DNA of 64,000 nucleotides from positions 23,403 through 87,402 of the forward strand of contig JAXCHI010000001.1 in NCBI GenBank assembly GCA_033977065.1, read 5' to 3'. Made by a program: the position numbers and the translations under genes. Shown here piece after piece: positions 48,254 to 57,768 of the stretch (position 1 is the first letter of the stretch; the number at the start of each line of letters is the position of its first letter). Source of the DNA: Candidatus Algichlamydia australiensis. GTDB lineage: Bacteria > Chlamydiota > Chlamydiia > Chlamydiales > JAJFMI01. The notes beneath the pieces are model-generated. The model saw only the letters and a list, made by a program, of their open reading frames with translations, did no database searches and was not told the origin of the DNA.

Positions 48254-48390
48254 GTATTGGCGGCGCTCTTATTCTAGGGTTTTTAGTTCGTTTTTTAGGT
48301 TAATGCGGGCGGAAGAGATCTTCTTCCATGCCCAACGTACAAACGACAGGAAACTCTGGGCCTTTACTATTTTGAATTATCAATAGGCGA
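48254..48390 (-). pseudogene. UvrD/PcrA helicase remnant (motifs V-VI)
   Basis: The reverse strand reads LLIIQNSKGPEFPVVCTLGMEEDLF and, after a frameshift, TLE*ERR. This compares with UvrD LMTLHxxKGLEFPVVFxxGMEEGxFP...LEEERR. Confidence 0.7.
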
Positions 48391-48472
48391 AGAGCATAAC
48401 CATGCATTTTCACTTCATTATTGGTTTTTAAGGCGAGCTCTTCTAAGAAAAGGATAAGGGATCGTTATAGCA

Positions 48473-48652
48473 ACGTCGGATAATATAGATTATGTATGTT
48501 TAAATTGCTGATTATCATTTACTTACAGAAATATCATTGTAGCAATAAAGCATAGTTTTTTCACGAAAGTACTGAAAACTTTAGAAATACTGTAAGCGTC
48601 TATTTTTATTTTTTGGGCATACATATCGAATAATTTTTTTTATTCGATTCTG
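48473..48652 (+). repeat. dif-like Xer site + IHF-like palindrome + accessory sequence, copy 1
   Basis: ACGTCGGATAA-TATAGA-TTATGTATGTT (11-6-11), then TAA-ATTGC-TGA-TTA-TCA-TTTAC-TTA. About 180 bp of similarity to copy 2, ending in an ATCGAATAA...TTATTCGAT hairpin. Confidence 0.75.
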
Positions 48653-48713
48653 GTAAGAACAAAATATGATTTTTTACGTAATCGAGAAATGGACTTCTTT
48701 GGGTTTCACATTT

Positions 48714-48983
48714 TTAAAATAAGTCAGCATGCGTGCCTGTTTTTGTGAAGTAAATTCGCTCGCTATCTCTTTTGTATATCAAAAGCCAATCTGGTGTTAT
48801 ATGACACTCCCAGTACCCTGAAAAATTCCCTTTTAGCCTATGATTACGGTGTTTTTCTGGAAGTGGCTTTTCGCGTATTAACATGCTCATAACAGACTTG
48901 ATTTTGGACAAGTCATATCCTCGTTTTTGTACCCTCTTTAAATCTTTATCAAATGATCTTTCATACACGGGAATAAGCATCAA
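48714..48983 (-). CDS. yafQ: YafQ-family (RelE superfamily) toxin
   Basis: FDKDLKR, LPEKHRNHRLKG, WECHITPDWLLIY, TGTHADLF. Confidence 0.92.
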   Translation of the reverse strand: MMLIPVYERSFDKDLKRVQKRGYDLSKIKSVMSMLIREKPLPEKHRNHRLKGNFSGYWECHITPDWLLIYKRDSERIYFTKTGTHADLF

Positions 48984-49231
48984 AGACCCAATTTATCGAA
49001 AAAATCTTTTTCGTTTTCACATTCAACTAAGTTTGTTTCATTTTCAACATTTTCTATGGCTTTCATAGTTGTCGCATTTGGGGAATTTTCTGTGTATAAG
49101 TTGCCGTGAATCCATTCTGCAACCAATTCTCTCATGGTTTTTCCTAGGATGGCTGCAAGTGTTTTTAAACGCTTATGATCTTCAGCTGGCAAGTCTATAG
49201 TCATTCTAGAAAGACTACTTTTTGTACTCAT
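48980..49231 (-). CDS. RHH antitoxin cognate to YafQ
   Basis: RMTIDLPAEDHKRLK (RHH) and PNATTMKAI (RelB/DinJ-like tail); overlaps the toxin start. Confidence 0.8.
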   Translation of the reverse strand: MSTKSSLSRMTIDLPAEDHKRLKTLAAILGKTMRELVAEWIHGNLYTENSPNATTMKAIENVENETNLVECENEKDFFDKLGL

Positions 49232-49297
49232 CCTTACCTCCTTTTCTTAACTTTACCAGATTTGAGGATTTAAAGAAATAAAGAAATATTTTCTTCA

Positions 49298-49473
49298 ACT
49301 TCTGATAATATAGGTTATGTATACTTAAGTTGTTGGTTGTTAGCTACTTGCAGAAAAGCCATTGTAATAAATACGCATGATTTTTATCAAAATATTAAAA
49401 CCCTTAGAAACGCTATAATCGCCTATTTTGGTTTTTTGGACATATATGTCGAATAACTTTTTTTATTCGATTC
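49298..49473 (+). repeat. dif-like Xer site + IHF-like palindrome + accessory sequence, copy 2
   Basis: ACTTCTGATAA-TATAGG-TTATGTATACT, then TAA-GTTGT-TGG-TTG-TTA-GCTAC-TTG; colinear with copy 1 through the TCGAATAA...TTATTCGA hairpin. Confidence 0.75.
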
Positions 49474-49527
49474 TAAGATATACAAAACTCGTGCTTTATT
49501 CAGACTTTTTAAGAATACGCTTCTCTC

Positions 49528-49863
49528 TCAAGGATGTGGGACTATTGCAATAATTGTGATTTCTTTTGCGTTTGGCCCATAACACCAAAAAATCCTGTAG
49601 GCAGAGGCTGTGTTATTTTGAGCATATGCCTCGAATACTTTTCCTTGCTTATCCCAGGGATGATCTATAGAGCTATATTTGTGGGTTTTAAGACCAGGAT
49701 GGCGTGGATCCGCGCTCAGCAGATTGATAGCCTTTTTTATTTGTTTAAAAAGACCTGCTTGCTTCGAAGATTTTTTATTTTTAGTATTTGTTTTTAGGCC
49801 TGCAGCTTTCTTTAACTTTTGGAATTGGTTTTGGGCTTTTTCTGTTAAAATGATTTCAAACAT
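49528..49863 (-). CDS. RelE/ParE-superfamily toxin
   Basis: FEIILTEKAQNQF, PRHPGLKTHKY, VFEAY, AYRIFWCYGP...ITIIAIVPHP. Confidence 0.75.
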   Translation of the reverse strand: MFEIILTEKAQNQFQKLKKAAGLKTNTKNKKSSKQAGLFKQIKKAINLLSADPRHPGLKTHKYSSIDHPWDKQGKVFEAYAQNNTASAYRIFWCYGPNAKEITIIAIVPHP

Positions 49864-50102
49864 TATTCTTTATATTCGCTATGGTCAAGTTTGAATAATT
49901 TACCTTCGCGCGCGTCCTTCAAGCCTTTCTCAACCTCTTTTAAAGCTTCCGGATTTTTTAAAAGCCAAAGATCTTTTTCTGGAATAATGGCTGCCTTCCT
50001 TAAAAGAAACTCCCCATCCTTTTCTTCAATGATAAAAGTATTTAAGGCATATTTCTTTCCTAGATTAAGCCTGCCTTTTGCATCAGTTTGAACGGTGTGC
50101 AT
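49863..50102 (-). CDS. AbrB/MazE-like antitoxin
   Basis: QTDAKGRLNLG (swapped hairpin) and IPEKDLWLLKNPEALKEVEKGLKDAREG; translationally coupled to the toxin. Confidence 0.75.
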   Translation of the reverse strand: MHTVQTDAKGRLNLGKKYALNTFIIEEKDGEFLLRKAAIIPEKDLWLLKNPEALKEVEKGLKDAREGKLFKLDHSEYKE

Positions 50103-50204
50103 ATGCTACCTCCTCTTGCTACTTTGATAATAGCAAAGAGTGGGATTTTTATACAAGTGGGAATCGAGTTTTTTTGATATTTCCCACTTTTAAGTAGTTT
50201 TTAT

Positions 50205-50270
50205 AACTTTTATAATACAAATCACGTATGTTTAAATCATTAAATATCAGCTACTTGCAAAAACCATTGT
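50205..50270 (+). repeat. Degenerate dif-like + IHF-like site, copy 3 (truncated)
   Basis: AACTTTTATAA-TACAAA-TCACGTATGTT, then TAA-ATCAT-TAA-ATA-TCA-GCTAC-TTG-CAAAAACCATTGT, matching copies 1 and 2. Confidence 0.6.
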
Positions 50271-50327
50271 TTTTAAATTAAGAATACATAATTATCTCTG
50301 TCAGAATCTTTACCTGGGAGGATATTT

Positions 50328-51887
50328 ATGGTTTACCATATTGAAGGAAGTGTATCACAGGCTCGCGAGTTGCCGCTTTCACCGTGTGATCAGAAGTCTA
50401 CTTCTGTTAGCAGAGAAATTGAACAGGTTGCAAGTTGTCAAATTAAGTCTTCACATCCAAGCAAGATGCTCCAATCTGCCTGGAACTCTAAAGTGTTACA
50501 ACCTCTTGTGATTAGTTCATTTTTAGTTCCGTTTTCTCCACCAAGTGCCTTCCCTATTCTAGTCCTAGTATCTACAGTTTGGGTGGCCTATTTATTAGTA
50601 CCTGAAATATTAAGACGACAAAAAAATGAGTCTATAATTACCTCAACCTCAACCAATCTTTCTAAGACATTTCCTTCTAAATTAGATAAAAATATCTTTG
50701 TTTCTAGAAAGAGATGGGCTGTCACTTTAATTGCTGATAAAAATACCCGACATGCAAGATTAATTTTTGAAGGAGTTGATAAATCTAATGAGCAATGGAC
50801 TATTTTCGTACATTTGAAAGGAAATAGCTCAGGTTGTAAACGAATCTTGCATGAATGTGGTGGTTTGGTGGAAATGAAAGATATCACAGATAGAGATATT
50901 ATTTATAGAGATAGAAGCTCTACATGGAGCATCAGTGCATCTTCAGGAAGAAGGGTAATAAATTACGTCCAAGATTTTTGTGACGAATACTTTGATCCTG
51001 AAGATATTGCTAGTGTTAGAAATCAAAAAACTATAAATAATGATCCTAAAAAGGTTCCTTTTTTTATTGCAGGAAACCAATCAAAAATAACAAGTTTCTT
51101 CAATCGATTCGTTGCTAGAGAATTCCACAGCTGCATTACTTTTTCTCTCTTATTGCTAAGAATAACTGGTGTTAGCTTTAGAAACCCTAATGGAAAACTT
51201 TATACAGATACATTGAACTTTTTAGGAGAAGAGAATGCAGTTTACAAAAGATCAAAGCTTCAAATTATGGATTTATGTTGGTTTATAATTTATGGCGATA
51301 TTGAAAGCATTATAGAGCACTTTCCTCCAAACAGCATAAATATCGATGAAATTGTTTACTTCTGTACTGATTCACAAAAAGAAAGAACAAAGAACATTTC
51401 TCCTCTAATGCTAGCAATTTTAACTAAAAATCATAAACTAGTAAAAATTTTAATTGAAAAACACAATGCTGATGTAGAGTTTGCTAGGGATGACGGTATT
51501 ACGCCTCTTTTTATTGCACGTGTTGTTGCAAAATTAAGTAAAGAGCATCCAATTGTTAAGTGTTTGATAACTAATGGTGCCCACAAATATTTAAAAGATC
51601 CAGATGGAAAATCAAATAATTTAAATAAAAAATCTTTAATAAATGATGGTATTTTTGGAGATGATGTGTGGCCCGTTCTTAGAGAAGATGACCAAGAGAT
51701 TCAGAGTTTGGATAAAGAGATAAAAAAAGTCTACGATGATGAAAGCGTTGATGATCAAACATTATTAAATCTTTTCAAACGCAGAGAATATCTTTGGCAG
51801 AAACAGAGTCAATTAGGAAAGATATGGAGTATTGTATACACGGAAAAAACAGAAATAGATTTCTCTGGAAATGGATTTGGTTTATAA
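50328..51887 (+). CDS. Ankyrin-repeat effector-like protein with N-terminal hydrophobic hairpin
   Basis: SPLMLAI...LVKILIEKHNADV..DGITPLFIA...IVKCLITNGA. Confidence 0.75.
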   Translation: MVYHIEGSVSQARELPLSPCDQKSTSVSREIEQVASCQIKSSHPSKMLQSAWNSKVLQPLVISSFLVPFSPPSAFPILVLVSTVWVAYLLVPEILRRQKNESIITSTSTNLSKTFPSKLDKNIFVSRKRWAVTLIADKNTRHARLIFEGVDKSNEQWTIFVHLKGNSSGCKRILHECGGLVEMKDITDRDIIYRDRSSTWSISASSGRRVINYVQDFCDEYFDPEDIASVRNQKTINNDPKKVPFFIAGNQSKITSFFNRFVAREFHSCITFSLLLLRITGVSFRNPNGKLYTDTLNFLGEENAVYKRSKLQIMDLCWFIIYGDIESIIEHFPPNSINIDEIVYFCTDSQKERTKNISPLMLAILTKNHKLVKILIEKHNADVEFARDDGITPLFIARVVAKLSKEHPIVKCLITNGAHKYLKDPDGKSNNLNKKSLINDGIFGDDVWPVLREDDQEIQSLDKEIKKVYDDESVDDQTLLNLFKRREYLWQKQSQLGKIWSIVYTEKTEIDFSGNGFGL

Positions 51888-51948
51888 CAAGCCTTAAAAT
51901 TTTGAAAGAGTAATTTTTTCAAGGCAATAGCATAACGTTAGAGCTTTT

Positions 51949-53622
51949 CTATGAAATAGGCAATTTAGTTTTTGCTATAGGAAACTTTCCAGCTAACTTG
52001 ATAAAAGCTTGGTTTTTCTTAAGGGACTGTATCTTTTCAACAGGCACAGTAGCGTTTTTTCTTTTTTGAGTAGAAAGGTTAACTCCATCTCGCATCTCGT
52101 GTGCTCCATAAGAAATTCCTTCGTTTCTTTCCTCAACCTCTTTATATCCAAATATTTTTGAAATTCGGTTTGCGACTTCGGGATCCTGTTCCGAAAATGT
52201 TATTCTTGTTGAACAGTTTCCTAAAATGACACTTGTTGCGTTTCTTCCATATATTTGATCTAGTTGAGAGGGGCTTTGTATCGCTAGCAAAGCGCAGCCT
52301 CCAAACTTTCGGCTTTCAGTAAGGCAGGTCTCTAAGTCCCTAAGTCGATTTAAGCTTGCTAGCTCGTCAGCAATGAACCACAATCTCCTATTTAGACTTT
52401 GAGGCATTTGGATTAGGCTTCTCATGGCTAGAGAAAACCAAGCCGAAAGAAGAGGGTTTAACGTTGCTCTTTGTGCTACTGTGCACTGTAAAAAGAGCCT
52501 TCCCTCCCCTTCACTTTGTACCCACTTTTTTATAGAAAAAGGATTTTCAGTCTGTTTTAAAACATCTATGCAATCTAGGAATGAGGTCGCTACTGAGCGA
52601 ATGGATGCGGCTGTCTTGTCAGAGTTGCTATTTAAATGGGCTGCTGCTTTTGTGTCTTGGAGAATGGATGACAGTTCATCAAGTGGCTCATAAAGGAGAT
52701 ATTGGACCAATCTAGAAATATTTGCGTCATCTCGTGTTATTTGAAGAAGAGAGCTAAAGAGAGATCTTGCAGCATTTCTCCAATAGTCTTCTTTGTCACT
52801 ATAGCTTGTGGGAATAAAGCTTTCTGCTAAAGCGTCATAATCATATTGATTTGTGCATTCTACCCAAGGTAACCATGGTGCACTACGATCATCAAATGGG
52901 TTAAGAAGGATATCTGTCTCTGAATTGTAGTAACGCTCTACAAACTCCCCTGTTGTGTCCACGATTACGGCTCTATGGCCCTCTTTTGCGATTTGGGGCA
53001 TGATTGTATGGAAACAATTTGTTTTTCCACTCCCTGTTCCTCCTGTGACCAAAATATGTTGCGTCTCGCTGTTCTTTACCAAAGGAACTTTTCCTATTTT
53101 TATGTTGGATTTTTTCCTTTTCAGAGTAAGAAGCATGTTTAATAAAAATGGATGGACTACCCTCTTACCGCTTAAATGTTTTTTCTTTTTGGAGATAAGG
53201 CCTCTGATAAAGAAAAAAAGCAGGGATGCAAAAAGTACCAAGAGACTTCGTTGAACAGCTCTACCTAACTCATACATTGCATTTATTAATAGGCTATGGG
53301 CAATTGGAGTAGATACCCTTAATACTCTACCTGGATTTACATTGATGGTTTTTCGTTCGCCTCGGAAAGAGATATTATTAGCATAACCCCAATAATCAGA
53401 GGTTACAGATATTCTTTTATTAGAATTTCTAAGGAATTTAGATTTTACACAGTACCATATAGACTTGTACTTTTGATTGGGCTGCTTGCACATAGCTGTA
53501 ATAAATGATCCGGTGCCTGCTGTTATCGAGATCATTATTGCAAGGCGAAGTACTTGCTTGACCATTCTTATTCTGTGAGCCCATGTTTGCCCACCTTCTG
53601 TCAAAATCTTTATTAATCCCAT
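51949..53622 (-). CDS. traD: F-type conjugative coupling protein TraD (TrwB/VirD4-like)
   Basis: TEGGQTWAHRIRM N-terminus, HILVTGGTGSGKT, LNPFDDRS..W, ADELASL, ESRKFGG, QL..IYG. Confidence 0.93.
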   Translation of the reverse strand: MGLIKILTEGGQTWAHRIRMVKQVLRLAIMISITAGTGSFITAMCKQPNQKYKSIWYCVKSKFLRNSNKRISVTSDYWGYANNISFRGERKTINVNPGRVLRVSTPIAHSLLINAMYELGRAVQRSLLVLFASLLFFFIRGLISKKKKHLSGKRVVHPFLLNMLLTLKRKKSNIKIGKVPLVKNSETQHILVTGGTGSGKTNCFHTIMPQIAKEGHRAVIVDTTGEFVERYYNSETDILLNPFDDRSAPWLPWVECTNQYDYDALAESFIPTSYSDKEDYWRNAARSLFSSLLQITRDDANISRLVQYLLYEPLDELSSILQDTKAAAHLNSNSDKTAASIRSVATSFLDCIDVLKQTENPFSIKKWVQSEGEGRLFLQCTVAQRATLNPLLSAWFSLAMRSLIQMPQSLNRRLWFIADELASLNRLRDLETCLTESRKFGGCALLAIQSPSQLDQIYGRNATSVILGNCSTRITFSEQDPEVANRISKIFGYKEVEERNEGISYGAHEMRDGVNLSTQKRKNATVPVEKIQSLKKNQAFIKLAGKFPIAKTKLPIS

Positions 53623-53766
53623 GAGATCATGTATATTTCTACGATTACAATATAGTTATTCAATAGAATTTACAATAAAAATGAGCTATATGAAGAAAGT
53701 GCTTGCGAATATATTTTGACTATTACTAACATAAAATATTGAAAACATCTAAAACAATAAAAAATT

Positions 53767-54612
53767 ATGAGCGGTATTGAATTCTTAGGGAAATCCCACA
53801 TTAATTTAAAAAAGAATTGGTTGATTATTACTATATTATACATGTTTACAAATAGTGCTTTTCAGTTCATTCATCTAATTACAAATCCAACATCTAATTT
53901 TGCTTTAAAGACTCCCACTATATCCATATTCTTCACAATGTTATTAAATGGTTTGGCTTTTGCAATTTTATATTATTGTGTCTATATTAAGAACGGCTAT
54001 AAGCTACTAAAATTTAACTACATAGCTGGTCCTATTTCAGTTATTTTTTCCGTAATTGTTTTTTGTGTGCAAGAAGATTTATCAATTTTTGGAATTACTC
54101 AAGTTGCATCACATGCTATTTTTTATATTTCATGGGCTATTTTTGCTAGAAAATTAATCTCTATTAATAAAATGTACTATAAAGATCCGTCTGATGATGT
54201 GTTATTTTCTAGAAAGGCAATTTCTACTAGAAAAAGATGGCTATTATCGCTTGTTGCAGTATTGTCGTCATTTACAATATGCTCAGCAAGTTCTTTATGT
54301 TTTTTAGATTCTCAGCTTTTCCAAGATAGGTATCATTATTTTTTCTATTTTTCTTGCTATCTCATGTTTTCTACCTTCGTATATCTTATGTTGCATCATC
54401 ACTGCTATAAGCAACTAGGGAATAAGCTGTTAATTGGATTTGGATCTTTGCTATTTATTAGCTCATCTCTAATGCATTTAGCTTTTTCTTTTCATTTTAA
54501 GTCTACACCCCTATTTGTCATCTTGCCATTAATTAGCTTATGGTTTCTTTGGATGAGCGTGAAAATGTTCAGGCTAAATCGTAGGCACAGAAACAATAAA
54601 GTATTAGCTTAG
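53767..54612 (+). CDS. Hypothetical 8-TM membrane protein with internal duplication
   Basis: Two similar halves: KKNWLI...YYCVYIKNGYKLL...KLISIN and RKRWLL...HHCYKQLGNKLL...KMFRLN. Confidence 0.6.
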   Translation: MSGIEFLGKSHINLKKNWLIITILYMFTNSAFQFIHLITNPTSNFALKTPTISIFFTMLLNGLAFAILYYCVYIKNGYKLLKFNYIAGPISVIFSVIVFCVQEDLSIFGITQVASHAIFYISWAIFARKLISINKMYYKDPSDDVLFSRKAISTRKRWLLSLVAVLSSFTICSASSLCFLDSQLFQDRYHYFFYFSCYLMFSTFVYLMLHHHCYKQLGNKLLIGFGSLLFISSSLMHLAFSFHFKSTPLFVILPLISLWFLWMSVKMFRLNRRHRNNKVLA

Positions 54613-54643
54613 AGCTCCATCAAGGTTCTCTAGGAAGAAATAC

Positions 54644-55543
54644 CTATTCGGGGTGGGCTCTAGCTATTTCTATAATTTGAGGCAAATAGGAAGAAAATTC
54701 GTGATTTTTAAAAGCATTGGCTCCAAAAGCAGCAATCCCTCGGAAAATGTTTATTCCAACTGTTTGATAGAATTCAAAAATGTTAGAGGAATGCTTTTTC
54801 AAAGGCTTGTATGCTGGTGTTTGAAATTCTTCACCGTCTAAGAACGTAACATCATATTTGTCAAAATAACCCTTATATCTAGATAGTTCTTCCCAATATT
54901 TTGGATGGGCAACTATTGCCTCAGGATTTCCTTCTCTTACAATGGTATTATATTTAGGTGATCCAATTGGAATTTTATTGCAAAGACTGCGATATGCCCA
55001 TTTATTTATGGCGTCATCAAGAGACATCTTACCCAGTTCCCCGTTAACTAAATTCATCGAATATAAAACACTTGGTCTTTGCGAATTAATATTGCCCACT
55101 CTTGCGATTAAGTCATCTTTAAACACAAAATTCTTTGCTACTCCAGCCAATCTCTTTGGAATTACTGAAGCACCTCCAAAAGTATAAACACGAATCTTCC
55201 TTCTTACTGGACGACTAAGCTGTTGCAAAGCTCGGTCAGAGATTACTACTCCATGGCTGTGGGCAAACAAGACAAGATGGTCTTTATCTTCAACGAGTTG
55301 ATTGATCAAAATTGCAAGCTCACGTGATAGTCGAGCCTCCTCGTCTTCTCTTACCCTAAAATCAAGATAGCTAGGAAAGTCTGTTGGGTTATGTTTTACA
55401 ATAACCCTTTTACCACCGAAGATATTGGAAATGCTTTCTGCACTAGCATTTGCCTCATCGGGCTTATTCATGATCCCGTTGCAAAATACAATGGGATTTG
55501 CCGAAGGAACCCTTCCAACTATGTGATATCCTAAAGTTGCCAT
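54644..55543 (-). CDS. Alpha/beta-hydrolase-fold protein (DUF687-like)
   Basis: FCNGIMN, AHSHG nucleophile elbow, VYTFGGA, DDLI, late H. ATG at 55543 after GGAGG. Confidence 0.65.
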   Translation of the reverse strand: MATLGYHIVGRVPSANPIVFCNGIMNKPDEANASAESISNIFGGKRVIVKHNPTDFPSYLDFRVREDEEARLSRELAILINQLVEDKDHLVLFAHSHGVVISDRALQQLSRPVRRKIRVYTFGGASVIPKRLAGVAKNFVFKDDLIARVGNINSQRPSVLYSMNLVNGELGKMSLDDAINKWAYRSLCNKIPIGSPKYNTIVREGNPEAIVAHPKYWEELSRYKGYFDKYDVTFLDGEEFQTPAYKPLKKHSSNIFEFYQTVGINIFRGIAAFGANAFKNHEFSSYLPQIIEIARAHPE

Positions 55544-56204
55544 CTTTTTACCTCCCGCTAACAACTTAACAAGATTTTAACAAATGCTTTTTTATTTTAA
55601 AAGATTACGTTTAGCTGCTTTGCAAAATATATCTCGCATCGAAGAGAATGCACCGAGGAGAGCGAGAGGTTAGATTTGATTCATAAAAGGCTTTTTTCTA
55701 TAGGAATCCAATTCCTTGGATTTTTTTACTTGGACTAATTGCCAAAGGATTACAAAGTGATTCTACTAGTTTCCAGTATCCATCAGCACTGCCAATTCTT
55801 TTTAATAAGGGATATACGGTGGCCTATGATGGTCGTACTAAGCTCCCCTATTGGACGTATCTCTTCCAAACTAATAAATAAAAACGTTAGCAGGGAAAAA
55901 TGTTTCTTTTCTGAAGATAGTCGCATATATCCTCTTCATCAAAGCCGTTTAAGCGACTACAAAGGCTCAGGGTTTGATAGAGGACACATGGTCCCAGCAG
56001 CAGATCAAAAGCATTCTGAGCAATCTATTCAAGAAACTTTTTTCTCTCAAGTATTTGTCTTCAAGCCCCATTGCTAAATCGTAAATTTTGGGCAAAATTG
56101 GAAAAGCATATTCGGAATTTGTGTCATCCGTATGACTTTATTGATGTAATCACCGGTCCGCTTTTTTACCAAATATCGAAACTGGGGGGGGGGGGGGATA
56201 TGTA

Positions 56205-57768
56205 GTCGACCCTGAAAAATTCACATACTCTCTATGAAAAAGCCTTGAAACGGAGGTTTTTTTTGAGTTAAAATATGCAAGAAAGAAGAACCAAACCCTC
56301 AATTTTCTTGTAGATTTATGAAGCCAAAAACACTAAATTTTGAAGAAGGAAGGCTTTTTGAGCATCGACTTTCAGATCAACTCAACCCTAAAAATCCATT
56401 GTTCAAAATGAGCAAGGCAGTTCCTTGGGAAGATCTAGAAAAAGCTCTTAGCCCGTACTTTCCATCTAAAGTAGGAGCGCCCGCAAAGCCTATTCGTTTA
56501 ATCAGTGGGTTATTTATGTTACAGCACTGCTTTGATGTGTCAGATGAAGATACCCTTCAAAACTGGCTAGAAAACCCCTATTGGCAGTTTTTTTGTGGAT
56601 ATGACTATCTGCAGTGGGAGCTACCTATCAACCCATCATCGATGTCTAGGTGGAGAAAGAGAATAGGAGTAGAAGGAGCGGAAGCGATATTAAGAGCAAC
56701 GGTGAGAGCAGCAGAAATCACAGGAATAGTAAAACCTGTGAGCTTTAAACGCGTCATTGCAGACACTACAGTAATGGAAAAAAATGTAACCTACCCAAGA
56801 GATGTAAACCTCTACTTAAAAAGCTTGCAGGTGATGGTTAGGATCGCAAAAAAAAGAGGGATCCGTTTGAGGCAAACCTACACAAGAACAGGAAGAAAAC
56901 ACGCTCAACTCTACAGTCGATACGCGCATGCAAGGCAAATGAAAAGAGCGCACAGAGAACTTAAAAAACTCAGAACGATAACAGGAAGAGTCCTAAGAGA
57001 AATGCAAAAATGGACCGAAGATAAAAACGAGCCGCATCTCTGCAATCTTTTGAACCGAATAGAGAAAATTCTTTTGCAAAAACGAAAAGACAAAAATAAG
57101 ATTTATAGCCTACATGAAGAAGTAGAGTGCATAGCAAAAGGAAAAGCGCATAAAAAATACGAATTTGGCTGCAAAGTCTCGATTGTAGTCACACACAAAG
57201 AGGGAGTAGTCGTGAGTAGCCAAGCCTGCCATGGGAATCCGTACGACGGACACACCCTGAAAAAAGCCCTAGAAAATACAGAATCCATAACCGGGCATGA
57301 AGTAGAAATGGCATTTTTAGACAGAGGATACAAAGGGCATAAAGTAGAAGGAATCAAGGTGTGGATCTCTGGCATGAGAAGAGGATTAACAGCCTGGTAC
57401 AAAAAACAACTAGCTCGGCGTCAAGCAATAGAACCACGCATAGGCCACATGAAAAGCGATGGAAAACTTAAACGCAATTACCTCAAAGGAATCTTGGGAG
57501 ACGAACTAAACGCAATACTTTGCGGTGCTGGAGAGAACTGCAGAATCATCTTGAGAGGAATAACGTAAATTACCCCCCCCCAAAAAAAATATTAGGGAGA
57601 AGCAAAAAACCAACGCTACCTCCATTCCAAAAACAGACAAAAAAGAGTTGTTTGGTTAGAAAAAGCAAAAAAAATAGAATAAAAGAAAGAGGACCAGGGT
57701 AAATAAAAATTTAAACCAGATTTAGTCGGGACAAAAACCGGTAAAAATCATCTTTTTTCAGGGTCGAC
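56205..57768 (+). mobile_element. IS5-family insertion sequence, complete
   Basis: 15-bp terminal inverted repeats GTCGACCCTGAAAAA (56205-56219) and TTTTTCAGGGTCGAC (57754-57768). Direct repeat TATGTA on both sides (56199-56204, 57769-57774). Confidence 0.95.
56318..57568 (+). CDS. IS5-family DDE transposase
   Basis: SDE...WLENPYWQFFCG, ADTTVMEKNV, KIYSLHE..CIAKGKAHKKYEFG, DRGYKG, RRQAIEPRIGHMK. Confidence 0.95.
   Translation: MKPKTLNFEEGRLFEHRLSDQLNPKNPLFKMSKAVPWEDLEKALSPYFPSKVGAPAKPIRLISGLFMLQHCFDVSDEDTLQNWLENPYWQFFCGYDYLQWELPINPSSMSRWRKRIGVEGAEAILRATVRAAEITGIVKPVSFKRVIADTTVMEKNVTYPRDVNLYLKSLQVMVRIAKKRGIRLRQTYTRTGRKHAQLYSRYAHARQMKRAHRELKKLRTITGRVLREMQKWTEDKNEPHLCNLLNRIEKILLQKRKDKNKIYSLHEEVECIAKGKAHKKYEFGCKVSIVVTHKEGVVVSSQACHGNPYDGHTLKKALENTESITGHEVEMAFLDRGYKGHKVEGIKVWISGMRRGLTAWYKKQLARRQAIEPRIGHMKSDGKLKRNYLKGILGDELNAILCGAGENCRIILRGIT

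Noticed and set aside
48473..50270. Classical integron attC cassettes
   Set aside because: No RYYYAAC/GTTRRRY attC structure and no integron integrase in the window; the sites fit dif geometry instead.
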